DNA from: Candidatus Woesearchaeota archaeon
Lineage (GTDB): Archaea; Nanobdellota; Nanobdellia; Woesearchaeales; UBA11576
Assembly (NCBI GenBank): GCA_018675335.1
Contig: JABGYH010000007.1
Coordinates: 111,902-175,901, forward strand
Reading direction: 5' to 3'
Length of the DNA stretch: 64,000 nt
Part shown: in pieces, positions 41,489-51,360 of the stretch
Position numbering within the stretch: the first letter of the stretch is position 1
Layout of the letters: each line of letters opens with the position of its first letter
The notes under the pieces: generated by a model
Seen by the model: the letters and a program-made list of their open reading frames with translations, nothing else
The model's database searches: none
What the model was told of the DNA's origin: nothing
Program-made: the position numbers and the translations under genes

Positions 41489-42031
41489 ATGAAAGAAATA
41501 GAAGTAAAAATACTAGATATTGACAAAGAAAAAATTGTTACAAAGTTATTAGATCTTGGAGCAAAAAAAGTTTTCGAAGGAGATATGAACATCGAATTCT
41601 TCGACTATCCCGATAAACGATTAAAAAATGAGAATAAAATTTTACGTTTGCGTACAAAAGGAGATCAGGCAGAATTGACATTTAAACACGCATTGAGTCG
41701 AGAAGGAGTGAAAATTGCAGAAGAAATAGAAACTCACACAGATGATTTTGAGACTACGCGAGAAATAATAGAACAAATAGGATTAAAATTATTAATCCAA
41801 ACACAAAAACACAGAGAATCATATTTACTACAAATTTCTGAAAAAGAAAAAATACAATTTGAATTTGATACGCACAAGGGAATCCCAACATTTCTTGAAA
41901 TTGAAGCAAGCAGCGTTGAACTTGTTGAAACATATGTGAACAAATTAGGATTTAATATGCAAGATACAACTACCATGAACGGCAAACAAGTAATGGAGAA
42001 ATATGGCCAAAAATTATCAAAATTATTTTAG
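41489..42031 (+). CDS. CYTH-domain protein (CyaB-like class IV adenylyl cyclase / triphosphate tunnel metalloenzyme)
   Basis: N-terminal EIEVK motif. 180-aa beta-barrel pattern. Confidence 0.6.
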   Translation: MKEIEVKILDIDKEKIVTKLLDLGAKKVFEGDMNIEFFDYPDKRLKNENKILRLRTKGDQAELTFKHALSREGVKIAEEIETHTDDFETTREIIEQIGLKLLIQTQKHRESYLLQISEKEKIQFEFDTHKGIPTFLEIEASSVELVETYVNKLGFNMQDTTTMNGKQVMEKYGQKLSKLF

Positions 42032-42089
42032 AAAAAAAAATATCAATAAAAAAATAATTTAAAAAAATCTAAAAAGAGGGTTTAATAAA

Positions 42090-42614
42090 ATGGCTGAAGA
42101 AGAAATGCTAATTGTTGTGGATGAGCAAGACAATATTATCAGACATGCGACAAGACATGAATGTCATGAAAAAAAATTATTACACAGAATAATTGAAGTG
42201 CTCGTTTTCAAAGATAATACATACAAAGAAGTCTTAATTCAAAAAAGAAGCAGCACTAAAAAAGTAGAACATAATATGTTCGCACTCACAGAAGGCCATG
42301 TTGGCAAAGGAGAAACTTATTCATTAGCTGCAAGACGCGAAGTAGCAGAAGAATTATTTTGCGAAAAAGAATTACCTTCCGACGTTGAAATTGAAGAATT
42401 ATTTAAAATTTCAAAACTTGAAGGAGATCCGACATTCATGCAAGTTTTTAGAATTATTCATCCAGGACCATTTAACATAGACCTCGTCGAAGTTGGAGAA
42501 GTATTTTTTCAAGACATAAATAAAGTTATTAAAAACATAACTGAAAGCCCTGATGAATACACCCACTCATGCAGATATGTTTTAGAAGAATATCAAAACA
42601 AATTTATGAATTAA
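42090..42614 (+). CDS. Nudix hydrolase (IDI-like)
   Basis: Nudix box GHVGKGETYSLAARREVAEELF. Confidence 0.65.
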   Translation: MAEEEMLIVVDEQDNIIRHATRHECHEKKLLHRIIEVLVFKDNTYKEVLIQKRSSTKKVEHNMFALTEGHVGKGETYSLAARREVAEELFCEKELPSDVEIEELFKISKLEGDPTFMQVFRIIHPGPFNIDLVEVGEVFFQDINKVIKNITESPDEYTHSCRYVLEEYQNKFMN

Positions 42615-42696
42615 TCTTTTTATTTTTATCTCATTTACAAAAATTTCAAACAGAACTAACTTAAAAATTAATTAAAACTAACACCTAATTAAGATA

Positions 42697-43797
42697 TTAA
42701 CTCTGAACAGGATAACGCAATATTGCTGCAAATTTACCCATATCTTTTAATTGAACACCCTCGCGAGTGTCAGTAGAAATTATTTGAACATCAGACCCAA
42801 GATTAATTGCGATTTCTTCTAACTCTTCAATTTCTTCATCTTCACAAGAATCAGATACTAGAACAGTTTCTACCGCACCCATCTCCAATACTTTTTTGAC
42901 TTGAGCTTTACCGTACGCGACCATATTTTGATCTTTTGCCAGATGCCCAAAAAACACACCCATTAATTTCTTTTCATCAGCAATTCCTTCTTCTGCAAGA
43001 AGATCTTGAGCTTTATCAACAAGTTCGTTTAAGCCAAATTCACCAGTATACGATAAATCTTTAGAACCAATAATTTTTTTTTTGACATCTCCCGTAATAT
43101 AATCTTTATTTAAAAAATTATTAACAGTAGTTCCTGGACCACCAATGATTATTCCTTTAAGTTTTTCAAGATGAAGAAAATTTTCTTTCATGTAATCCGC
43201 AATTTTTTTGAAATGATCTTTAACTGCACCCTCCCTTAAACGTTGAAAACGAGGAGCGGATTGACCTCCAGCACGCATTTTACCTGGAACTTCACTATGT
43301 GTTTTTTTCAATGGAATAATTGCTTTACCCTTAAGAAGTGCAAGCATACCATCCCTTTGATCTAAAACAACAAGACCATAAATCTCATCCGTATCAATCA
43401 TTTCTTGTAATGGTTCAACAATAAATTCCTTATCACACCTATAAGTCCTAAAATTAAGGGGGACTGGAGGTTCAAGTGACCAAACTTTAATATCATCTTG
43501 ACCTTCCCTTTCAGAAACATTTCCCGAAAAAATTGCAAGACCATTCGGAGGAGTTTTTGGAATTAATTTTAGATGTTGAATCATACGTTCCAATGCACCA
43601 ATAACATTTTCCCTAGTATTTTTTGACTTAATATTAGAAGCAGTTCCTTGCTCTTGTGAAAGATGATTTGAAATTGCATTAATATCATAACCCGCAGGAA
43701 CATAAACAGTAACAAGCTCAGTATGCCTACCACGATAACTCGCAATTTGTTTAACAAATTTTTTAAGTTTAAATTTATCTTTTTCTGTAATAGCCAT
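42697..43797 (-). CDS. prf1: Peptide chain release factor aRF1
   Basis: NIKS and GGQ (AGGQSA) motifs. Confidence 0.85.
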   Translation of the reverse strand: MAITEKDKFKLKKFVKQIASYRGRHTELVTVYVPAGYDINAISNHLSQEQGTASNIKSKNTRENVIGALERMIQHLKLIPKTPPNGLAIFSGNVSEREGQDDIKVWSLEPPVPLNFRTYRCDKEFIVEPLQEMIDTDEIYGLVVLDQRDGMLALLKGKAIIPLKKTHSEVPGKMRAGGQSAPRFQRLREGAVKDHFKKIADYMKENFLHLEKLKGIIIGGPGTTVNNFLNKDYITGDVKKKIIGSKDLSYTGEFGLNELVDKAQDLLAEEGIADEKKLMGVFFGHLAKDQNMVAYGKAQVKKVLEMGAVETVLVSDSCEDEEIEELEEIAINLGSDVQIISTDTREGVQLKDMGKFAAILRYPVQS

Positions 43798-43966
43798 ATT
43801 TAAACCAAAAAAAAGGAATGGGTATTTAAAGTTAATTGTTGGTATTAAACTATAAAATACAGAAGATTCAAGTTAAACAGGGTTGAGACTGGTTCAAACG
43901 GGAATTCTTACGAGTCGGAAGATTTAAATATGTCTTGGAAATTCACTTAAAAACCATAGAACATAT

Positions 43967-44040
43967 GGGGCTATAGTGTAACTTGGTTATCACTCGTGGT
44001 TTGGGGCCATGCGATCGGGGTTCAAATCCTCGTAGCCCCA
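43967..44040 (+). tRNA. tRNA-Pro (anticodon UGG)
   Basis: Cloverleaf folded by hand. 7-bp acceptor stem GGGGCUA/UAGCCCC. T-arm CGGGG-UUCAAAU-CCUCG. Anticodon stem CGUGG/CCAUG with loop UUUGGGG. Discriminator A. No encoded CCA. Confidence 0.85.
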
Positions 44041-44135
44041 TATTAATTCATTAAATAAGGTTTATTTAACAATATTTAATAAACACAACAAAAATAAACC
44101 AAAATCATAATAAACTAAATAAAAGGTAAATAAAA

Positions 44136-44330
44136 ATGGCAAGTAGAACAAAAAGACGAGAAATACAAGCTATGAAGAAAACAGTAATTAAGATAAAAAG
44201 ACCTAAAACTTTCAAAACAGAAGAAGCGGCAAATACCTGGGCAAAGGCTCAAGGAATCGGAAAATACACATTACAAAATATTAAAAGTCCTGAAGCTGCA
44301 ACAAAAAAGATTAGAGTCATAGCAGAATAA
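44136..44330 (+). CDS. Small basic hypothetical protein (64 aa)
   Basis: ORF between the tRNA and L37ae. No motif recognised. Confidence 0.35.
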   Translation: MASRTKRREIQAMKKTVIKIKRPKTFKTEEAANTWAKAQGIGKYTLQNIKSPEAATKKIRVIAE

Positions 44331-44482
44331 ACAAAAACATTCATAAAATTATAAATAGCTTAAAAGTGAAAAGATTTTTAAAGAGACAACAATACCTCTA
44401 AATCAATCGAAAATCAATAATAGAGCTTAAAATAGCCCTGTTAAATCATAAAAAGTTAAAATAAACTATTAAGAGCTAAAAA

Positions 44483-44788
44483 ATGGCTAAAACAAGACTT
44501 AGAACTACGACAAAAAGATATGGACCTAGATATGGGGCTCGAAATAAAATTAAAGCTGCTAGAATCGAAGAAGAAAGCAGAAGAAAACATAAATGTCCTT
44601 ACTGTAATTATATTCAAGTTAGAAGAATAAGCAAAGGAATTTGGTTTTGCTCAAAATGTAAAGTTAAATTCGTAGGAAAAGCTTATACTATTCCTAAAGA
44701 AAAGAAAAAAGAGATAACACCAGAGATTTATGATCTGGTAAGTGAAGACATGTATAACAAAGAAGAAGCAGAAGAACAAGAAGCGTAA
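44483..44788 (+). CDS. rpl37ae: 50S ribosomal protein L37ae with an acidic C-terminal extension
   Basis: RYGPRYGARNK and C4 zinc ribbon CPYC...CSKC. Confidence 0.85.
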   Translation: MAKTRLRTTTKRYGPRYGARNKIKAARIEEESRRKHKCPYCNYIQVRRISKGIWFCSKCKVKFVGKAYTIPKEKKKEITPEIYDLVSEDMYNKEEAEEQEA

Positions 44789-44809
44789 AAATAGCTTCAT
44801 ACATCAAAA

Positions 44810-44947
44810 ATGGTAGAATATAAATGTTTCAATTGTAACAAAAAAGTCAGCATGGACTACTTACGAAAAAAAGTAAGATGCCCATATTGCGGATCTAAAG
44901 TTCTATACAAACAAAGACTTGTTTCAACAAAAGTAAAAGCAAGATAG
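44810..44947 (+). CDS. rpoP: DNA-directed RNA polymerase subunit P (RpoP/Rpb12, 45 aa). Not in the ORF track.
   Basis: Manual translation gives MVEYKCFNCNKKVSMDYLRKKVRCPYCGSKVLYKQR: CxxC...CxxC zinc ribbon. Confidence 0.6.
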   Translation: MVEYKCFNCNKKVSMDYLRKKVRCPYCGSKVLYKQRLVSTKVKAR

Positions 44948-45196
44948 ATGATGACATACAAATCAACTATTACCGTAGAGATCACAGAAAACGAACAAAA
45001 AGAAAAATTACTCAAGTTATTCGCTCCGGAAGAAAAACAATTTGAAAGATCGGAATTTGTTGTAAAAACTGTTGAAGAAGGAATATTGTTTGAAGTGAAA
45101 TCTAAAGATCCTACTGCTTTGAGAGCCACACTCAATACCATTACTCAATGCTTAACGATTCAATATAAAATTCAAAAAAATAATACGAGAGATTAA
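44948..45196 (+). CDS. pcc1: KEOPS subunit Pcc1-like
   Basis: 82 aa, ...ALRATLNTITQCLTI... It lies in the conserved archaeal neighbourhood of L37ae and prefoldin beta. Confidence 0.5.
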   Translation: MMTYKSTITVEITENEQKEKLLKLFAPEEKQFERSEFVVKTVEEGILFEVKSKDPTALRATLNTITQCLTIQYKIQKNNTRD

Positions 45197-45197
45197 A

Positions 45198-45527
45198 ATG
45201 AGTGACGTACCAGCTGAAACACAAGAAAAAATTAATAAATTGCAAATAATGGAACAATCCATGCAAAACTATTTAGGACAAAAACAACAATTCCAATCAC
45301 AACTTCTAGAAATTGAATCTGCATTAAGCGAACTTGAAAAAACTAACCAAGCTTACAAAATAGTTGGCAATATAATGGTTGTTGCAGAAAAAAGTAAATT
45401 AACAGAAGAACTAACAACAAAAAAAGAAACAACTGAATTAAGAATAAAAACTCTTGAAAAACAAGAAGCAAAATTAAGAGAAAAAACAAGCGAAATACAA
45501 AAAGAAGTTATGAAAGAAATGAAATAA
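45198..45527 (+). CDS. pfdB: Prefoldin beta subunit
   Basis: 109-aa coiled coil-hairpin-coiled coil. Position next to Pcc1 and L37ae. Confidence 0.65.
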   Translation: MSDVPAETQEKINKLQIMEQSMQNYLGQKQQFQSQLLEIESALSELEKTNQAYKIVGNIMVVAEKSKLTEELTTKKETTELRIKTLEKQEAKLREKTSEIQKEVMKEMK

Positions 45528-45606
45528 TTGTTCTTTAACTCACATTAACTTAATCAAATTTTAAAATTAAAAAAATTATTAACAAGGTCATCTATTATGC
45601 AACAAA

Positions 45607-45852
45607 ATGGACCAAAAAATACAAAGCATAACTCAAGCCTTAAAAGACTTGACTGAAGATACCACTGTTCCTAAAAACATTCGAAATAGAGTTCTAAATA
45701 TTATACAAATATTACAAGATGATTCTGACTTGAACATAAAAATTAACAGAGCATTACAAGAATTAGATGAGATTAGCGAAGACACAAACATTCAACAATA
45801 TACTCGAACACAAGTTTGGAATATTGCAAGTATGCTTGAAATGTTAAATTAA
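45607..45852 (+). CDS. UPF0147-family protein
   Basis: VPKNIRNR...LDEISEDTNIQQYTRTQVWNIASMLE matches the remembered UPF0147 consensus. Confidence 0.55.
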   Translation: MDQKIQSITQALKDLTEDTTVPKNIRNRVLNIIQILQDDSDLNIKINRALQELDEISEDTNIQQYTRTQVWNIASMLEMLN

Positions 45853-45858
45853 CAAAAA

Positions 45859-46491
45859 TTACTTAGATTTAGAAACATTCTTTTTTTCTGATTTTTTATC
45901 AATTAACTCTTTTGTTGATAATTTCTTCTTAACTTTAATAATAGAAGTTCTAGTTAAAACAGAGTTAGGAATAAAAATAACATCTCCTTCTTCAGTCTCA
46001 AGTTTAGTTTCGACTAATGAAATATGTGAAACTTTCCCCTTCATACCCTTTACTTTAATTATCTCATCAGGTTTAATTAGTTGTTTACTTTGAATAACTA
46101 CTCCTGCGATCGCATTAGGAATAAAATCTTTCACACCTAAAAATGTTGAAAGAATTATAATCAAAATAATTGCTCCTGCAATCATATTTAGAATAGTTGT
46201 TGCTAAACCAATCTGTTGGAGAACAATTACTACCGTAACAAAATATACAAAATATGTCGTGAATGCTTCAGCAAGTTCTTCTGCTTCAACCCTCATGCCA
46301 CCAAGCTTATTTAGTAATCTGTTAAGTTCAAATGAATGAAGAAATTTATAAACTAATTTTCCAAGAAATCTCCCAAAAACAAACCCTATTAATAAAATAA
46401 TAATCGCAACAACAAACTTACCTAAAAACCCCAGAATGTTATTTTGAATATAATCGTAAAGTTTATTGAAGATATCTAATGAAATGTCCAT
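45859..46491 (-). CDS. MscS-family small mechanosensitive channel (short form)
   Basis: TM helices, then the beta domain ...GMKGKVSHISLVETKLETEEGDVIFIPNS. Confidence 0.6.
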   Translation of the reverse strand: MDISLDIFNKLYDYIQNNILGFLGKFVVAIIILLIGFVFGRFLGKLVYKFLHSFELNRLLNKLGGMRVEAEELAEAFTTYFVYFVTVVIVLQQIGLATTILNMIAGAIILIIILSTFLGVKDFIPNAIAGVVIQSKQLIKPDEIIKVKGMKGKVSHISLVETKLETEEGDVIFIPNSVLTRTSIIKVKKKLSTKELIDKKSEKKNVSKSK

Positions 46492-46543
46492 TAGTCAAAT
46501 CAACAGATATATATTTATAAAAGTATTGATTTTGTGGTCAGAT

Positions 46544-47638
46544 ATGCCAGATTATAATGATAGAATAAAAGAATTTGAAGATGAATTACGTAAAACGAAG
46601 TACAATAAACGAACTCAACACTCCATTGGTCTGTTAAAAGCTAAAATCGCTGTTCTCAAAGATAAAGAAGTATCTAGAGGAAAAAAAGGAAAAAAAGGCG
46701 AAGGATATTCTGTTAAAAAAAGTGGAGATGGAACTGTAATTATGGTTGGATTTCCAAGTGCAGGTAAAAGTAGTTTACTTAATGCAATTACCAACGCGAA
46801 TAGCCCCGTAGGTGCATATGAGTTCACCACGCTCGATGTTGTTCCAGGACTAATGGAACATAAAGATGCAAAAATACAAATCTTAGATGTCCCTGGAATC
46901 GTAAGAGGTGCTGCAAGTGGAAGAGGTCGAGGTCGCGAAGTTCTTTCAGTAATACGAAACGCAGAACTTGTTTTAATAATTGTTGATGTTACAAGACCTG
47001 AAGCATATCCAGTTATCCAGAAAGAAATTTATGATTCCCACGTAAGACTCAATCAATCAAAACCAGATATTAGAATAAGAAAAAAAATGAAAAATGGAAT
47101 TAGAATTGGTAAAACTGTTCGTCTTCCAGATTTAAATGATGATACAATTAAACTCATATGTAAAGAGTTCAGAATAAGTAATGCAGAAATTTTAATTCGA
47201 ACACCAATAAATGCAGATCAATTAATAGATATGATTGAAGGCAATAAAAAATATCTCCCTTCAGTAGTTGTATTAAACAAAATTGATTTAGTTGATAAAA
47301 AAAGACTCGAAGAAATTAAAAAAGAAATTAAACCAGATATTTGCATAAGTGTGCAAGACGGATTTGATACTGAAGAAATAAAAGAAATAATATTTCAAAA
47401 AATGAATTTAATTAGAGTCTATTGTAAAGAAACTGGGAAAAAGGCAGACTTAGATATCCCACTCATAATACGTGCAAACTCCACAATTGAAACTATGTGT
47501 AGAAAATTACACAAAGACTTCGTAAGTAAGTTTCGATTTGCAAAAGTCTGGGGGCCAAGTTCAAAATTTGGCGGCCAAATATTAAGACTAAAACACAAAC
47601 TTAAAGACACAGATATTGTTGAAATACATCTGAGGTAA
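46544..47638 (+). CDS. DRG/Obg-family GTPase with a C-terminal TGS domain
   Basis: VGFPSAGKSSLLNAIT, FTTLDVVPG, DVPGIV. Start taken at ATG 46544 (MPDYNDRIKEFE...) rather than the TTG track start that overlaps the convergent gene. Confidence 0.8.
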   Translation: MPDYNDRIKEFEDELRKTKYNKRTQHSIGLLKAKIAVLKDKEVSRGKKGKKGEGYSVKKSGDGTVIMVGFPSAGKSSLLNAITNANSPVGAYEFTTLDVVPGLMEHKDAKIQILDVPGIVRGAASGRGRGREVLSVIRNAELVLIIVDVTRPEAYPVIQKEIYDSHVRLNQSKPDIRIRKKMKNGIRIGKTVRLPDLNDDTIKLICKEFRISNAEILIRTPINADQLIDMIEGNKKYLPSVVVLNKIDLVDKKRLEEIKKEIKPDICISVQDGFDTEEIKEIIFQKMNLIRVYCKETGKKADLDIPLIIRANSTIETMCRKLHKDFVSKFRFAKVWGPSSKFGGQILRLKHKLKDTDIVEIHLR

Positions 47639-47644
47639 ATATTT

Positions 47645-48454
47645 ATGTTTATAATTGATTTTAATCCAATCATTGTTTCAATTGGCACCATGCAAATTAG
47701 ATGGTATGGAATAATTTACATTCTAGGATTTGTATTCGCATATTTTTGGCTTAATTATGTTGGCAAAAAATGGGTAAAACAATTTGATAAAGAGAATGTA
47801 GAAGAATTTATTTTATATTTAATGATTGGAATTATTGCAGGTTCAAGATTATTTGAAATGATTTTTTATCGGTTTGAAAGTTTTATTGCAAACCCCCTTG
47901 AATTGTTTAAAATCTGGGAAGGTGGAATGAGCTTTCATGGCGGACTTATCGGAACATTTTTGGCAGTTAAAATTTGGAGTGTTCGTCGACGAATTGAGTT
48001 TTGGAAAATACTTGACTTAATAAGTCCAGTCGCAATATTTTCATTAATGCTTGGACGAATAGGCAATTTATTGAATGGAGAATTAATCGGAACTCCATTT
48101 AATGGACCGTGGTGTGCAATTTTTTCTGGAGTGGATAATGTTTGTAGACACCCATACCCAATTTATGCATTTATCTCGCATTTGTTATTATTTAGTTGGC
48201 TAATATTTTTAATTTATTTGAATAGGTCAACGCTTAAAAAGTTTTTTGGTTCTAAACTATTATCAATTAATTTTTTAATAGGCTATGGAATATTAAGAAT
48301 CATTACAGACATTTGGAAAATTGACAATATAGTTTTAGGTTTGAAAACAGGACAATTGCTAAGTGTTATTATGATTATTATAGGACTTGGAATTTTTGCT
48401 TGGACAAAGAAAAAATGGATTTTAAATAAGATAACCTCGGAGCACAAAAAATGA
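47645..48454 (+). CDS. lgt: Prolipoprotein diacylglyceryl transferase (bacterial-type Lgt)
   Basis: By-eye alignment with E. coli Lgt: FNPIIVSIGTMQIRWYGIIYILGF, WEGGMSFHGGLIG, GRIGNLLNGELIG, LIGYGILRII. Confidence 0.85.
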   Translation: MFIIDFNPIIVSIGTMQIRWYGIIYILGFVFAYFWLNYVGKKWVKQFDKENVEEFILYLMIGIIAGSRLFEMIFYRFESFIANPLELFKIWEGGMSFHGGLIGTFLAVKIWSVRRRIEFWKILDLISPVAIFSLMLGRIGNLLNGELIGTPFNGPWCAIFSGVDNVCRHPYPIYAFISHLLLFSWLIFLIYLNRSTLKKFFGSKLLSINFLIGYGILRIITDIWKIDNIVLGLKTGQLLSVIMIIIGLGIFAWTKKKWILNKITSEHKK

Positions 48455-48831
48455 AAGATGTCAGCACATACTTAGTTTGTAAAGAACACATATTAGAAGT
48501 AAAAGAATTTCTTAAACAGTTTTTTGAAGAAGAAAAAGGAAGATATAACCATAAAGAATGGATCACATTCAAATTATTAAATTCAGATTTTAAAATTTGT
48601 TTAATGACTGGAGATAATCAACCAATAACACAAAATATTACATTCGAAATTAATTGTAAATCTCTTGAAGAACTAAAAAATTATGCTCATAAATTTAATA
48701 AAAAAATTGAAAACTTTTTAGCTACAGCAACCGAAAAACCATATAGATTTTATTTTATAGAAATACAAGGACCTAATGGAATTTGTAAAATAGATATTAG
48801 CTGTTGTGAAGAAGAACCTAAAACTAATTAA
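48451..48831 (+). CDS. Hypothetical protein, possibly VOC/glyoxalase-like fold
   Basis: 126-aa ORF whose start overlaps the lgt stop. A weak beta-alpha-beta-beta-beta pattern. Confidence 0.35.
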   Translation: MKDVSTYLVCKEHILEVKEFLKQFFEEEKGRYNHKEWITFKLLNSDFKICLMTGDNQPITQNITFEINCKSLEELKNYAHKFNKKIENFLATATEKPYRFYFIEIQGPNGICKIDISCCEEEPKTN

Positions 48832-48834
48832 ATC

Positions 48835-49230
48835 TTAAACTGCAACCACATACGCCAAAATACATAAAAGAGTAATAATTGCAGACGATAAATGCCACTC
48901 CCAATCATCCTTTTTCTTTTTACGTAAATAATAAATACCAATAAAAACAAATACTAAAGCCAATAAAAAATATGGTTGTTTGAAATTAGATAAGTAGCAC
49001 AAATACAAATTGTAAAATATTAATGAATATGCTAAAATTTTATCAATTAATTCGAATTTTTTTTCTTTGTGTGCGTGATACAAACAAGAAAAAATAATCA
49101 CCCCTGCAAGCAAGATTGAATGTAGTATAAGATGATTCCAAATAGCAATTGTTAACGGAATTATAAAAAAAATATTGCTCCAAACTTTAGAATTTAAACA
49201 TTTATTTTTTAGTTTTTGATCAAATAACAT
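48835..49230 (-). CDS. Hypothetical membrane protein (4 TM)
   Basis: Hydrophobic 131-aa ORF. Confidence 0.4.
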   Translation of the reverse strand: MLFDQKLKNKCLNSKVWSNIFFIIPLTIAIWNHLILHSILLAGVIIFSCLYHAHKEKKFELIDKILAYSLIFYNLYLCYLSNFKQPYFLLALVFVFIGIYYLRKKKKDDWEWHLSSAIITLLCILAYVVAV

Positions 49231-49537
49231 GTTGCCCTAATAAAACTAGTTCGTAATTAACACTTTCTAATCTTTTTTTGTTTAGTTCTTTTTTCAATCA
49301 GAGGATGATCCGAGTCAGGATTATAATCATATAAATCAGACGATTCTTCTTCTAACTCTCCCTGTTTCTTACAAAGTTTAGACTTAGGTTTTTTGATTCG
49401 CTCCATAAATTAAGATAAAGGATTTTTTAGACTATAAATTTTTTGGTTTTTAGAAATTAATTATGAATTATTGAGTAAGAAATTATATTTGTACATGCAC
49501 CACAGATAATCTGATTTTTATTTTGTTTAGAATTTGT

Positions 49538-50938
49538 TTACCTATAAGTTTTACGTTTACCACGACCCATACCTTTCATGCCACCCATAAGTCCACCAAT
49601 TCCCCCTCTCTGCATCATTTTTTGCATTTGTTCAGGAGATCCAGACTTACCCGCAAAAGATTTGATCATTTTTTTACTTTGCCTATATTGTTTTATTAAT
49701 TCTCGAACATCAGAAATAGTTTTTCCACTACCTGTTGCAATACGATCAATACGACTAGGAGTCATTACATTTTCAGGATCTTCAAGTTCTTTTTTAGTCA
49801 TAGAATTCATCATGTGTTTCCACACTTTTAATTTTTCTTCTTGACCTTTTAACATATCTTTAGGAATTTTAAGACCACCAAATCCAGGAATCATATCAAC
49901 AATTTTACCCAGAGGACCCATTTTAGACATCGCACTCATTTGTTCATACAAATCAATTAGATTAAAATCACCTTTAATTAATTTTTTACCCATATCTTGA
50001 GCATCCTCTTCAGAAATTGCTTCTCTTGCTTTTTCAAGCAAACCCTCTAAATCTCCCATACCAAGAAGCTTACCTACAAAACGTTCAGGAACAAAAGTTT
50101 CAAGATCATCAATTTTCTCCCCGACACCAATAAATTTTACTTTAGCACCAGTAATAGAACAAGCAATTAACGAGCCACCACCTTTAGCAGTACCTTCAAG
50201 TTTAGTAATAACAACACCTGACACATTACATGTTTCATGAAATGCTGCAGCTTGTTTTTCTGCTGCTTGACCCACATCACCACCAATAACTAATAATCTT
50301 TCATCAGCTTGAACTTCAGTTGCGATATGATTAAGTTCTTCAATAAGCTCATCAGACAATGCATCTCTTCCTGCAGTATCTATAATTACAATATCAAATT
50401 TGTTAAGTTCTTCTTCAAACTCTTTAAAAATATCAACAGGATTTTTGGCTTTGGGATTTCCAAAAACAGGAACTTCGATTTGCGCACCTAATTGTTGAAG
50501 TTGAATGAATGCTGCGGGACGCCAGGTATCTGTTGATACAAGTGCAACTTTATGTCCTCGTTTTTTGTAATATTTTGCAAGCTTACCAGAAGTTGTCGTC
50601 TTACCATGACCAAATAAACCAACCAACATAATTCTTGTTGGTTTTTTAGAAACATCAATTTTGGATTCTTTTTCACCAAGAAATTTTACTAACTCTTCAT
50701 ACACTATTTTTATTAAAAATTCTTTTTTTGTTAAACCGGCAGGAGGTTCATCTTTTAAAATTCTTTTTTTGATCTCTTTTGTTAATTCAAAAACCATTCG
50801 AACATTAACATCAGATTGTAAAAGAGCCCGCTGAATATCTTTAACTAATTCATTAACTAGTTTTTCATCTACAAATAATGCACCTGAAATCTTAGATAAT
50901 GTATCCTTTAATGATGAACCGAGTTTTTCTAATACCAT
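49538..50938 (-). CDS. srp54: Signal recognition particle protein SRP54
   Basis: GLFGHGKTTTSGKLA, DTAGR, and a Met/Gly-rich M-domain (GGLMGGMKGMG). Confidence 0.93.
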   Translation of the reverse strand: MVLEKLGSSLKDTLSKISGALFVDEKLVNELVKDIQRALLQSDVNVRMVFELTKEIKKRILKDEPPAGLTKKEFLIKIVYEELVKFLGEKESKIDVSKKPTRIMLVGLFGHGKTTTSGKLAKYYKKRGHKVALVSTDTWRPAAFIQLQQLGAQIEVPVFGNPKAKNPVDIFKEFEEELNKFDIVIIDTAGRDALSDELIEELNHIATEVQADERLLVIGGDVGQAAEKQAAAFHETCNVSGVVITKLEGTAKGGGSLIACSITGAKVKFIGVGEKIDDLETFVPERFVGKLLGMGDLEGLLEKAREAISEEDAQDMGKKLIKGDFNLIDLYEQMSAMSKMGPLGKIVDMIPGFGGLKIPKDMLKGQEEKLKVWKHMMNSMTKKELEDPENVMTPSRIDRIATGSGKTISDVRELIKQYRQSKKMIKSFAGKSGSPEQMQKMMQRGGIGGLMGGMKGMGRGKRKTYR

Positions 50939-51360
50939 TTTTTCCTTAATTTTGCTTAAACAAACTTAAATTTTTATTAAAAGGTTATATGTTCGGCTTA
51001 GTTAACAATTTCGAACAATTGTACTGCCAAGTTATTAATTTATTAATAAAAGTATTAAAAATTAATGTTATTTATAAAGATTATCAATTATAATGTATTT
51101 TAGATTATTTTAAAATATACTATATAAATAAGGTTAGATAAGGTTAAACAATGATACCCAACAGTAAAATGTATTTTAAAAGCGATTAACTCATATAATA
51201 ATTATTTTGTATTATGAATAGTTCATATTATAAGTATTTCATATTTAAATTATTAATATCTTTAAAGATACTATCTTTATATTAAAAATACTCATAAAAT
51301 AATTATTTATTATTAAGTGGTCACTCAAATTTATAAATATAATTTAAGTAAAATAGCAAT

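Noticed and set aside
43921-43966. Promoter (TATA-like tttaaata / ttaaaaa) upstream of tRNA-Pro
   Set aside because: AT-rich background makes TATA-like strings ubiquitous, and the spacing to the tRNA 5' end is not canonical.
49257-49406. 49-aa Lys/Glu-rich minus-strand ORF (MERIKKPKSKLCKKQGELEEESSD...) downstream of srp54
   Set aside because: No recognisable family. Could be a genuine small protein, but composition alone produces such ORFs here, so it is left uncalled.
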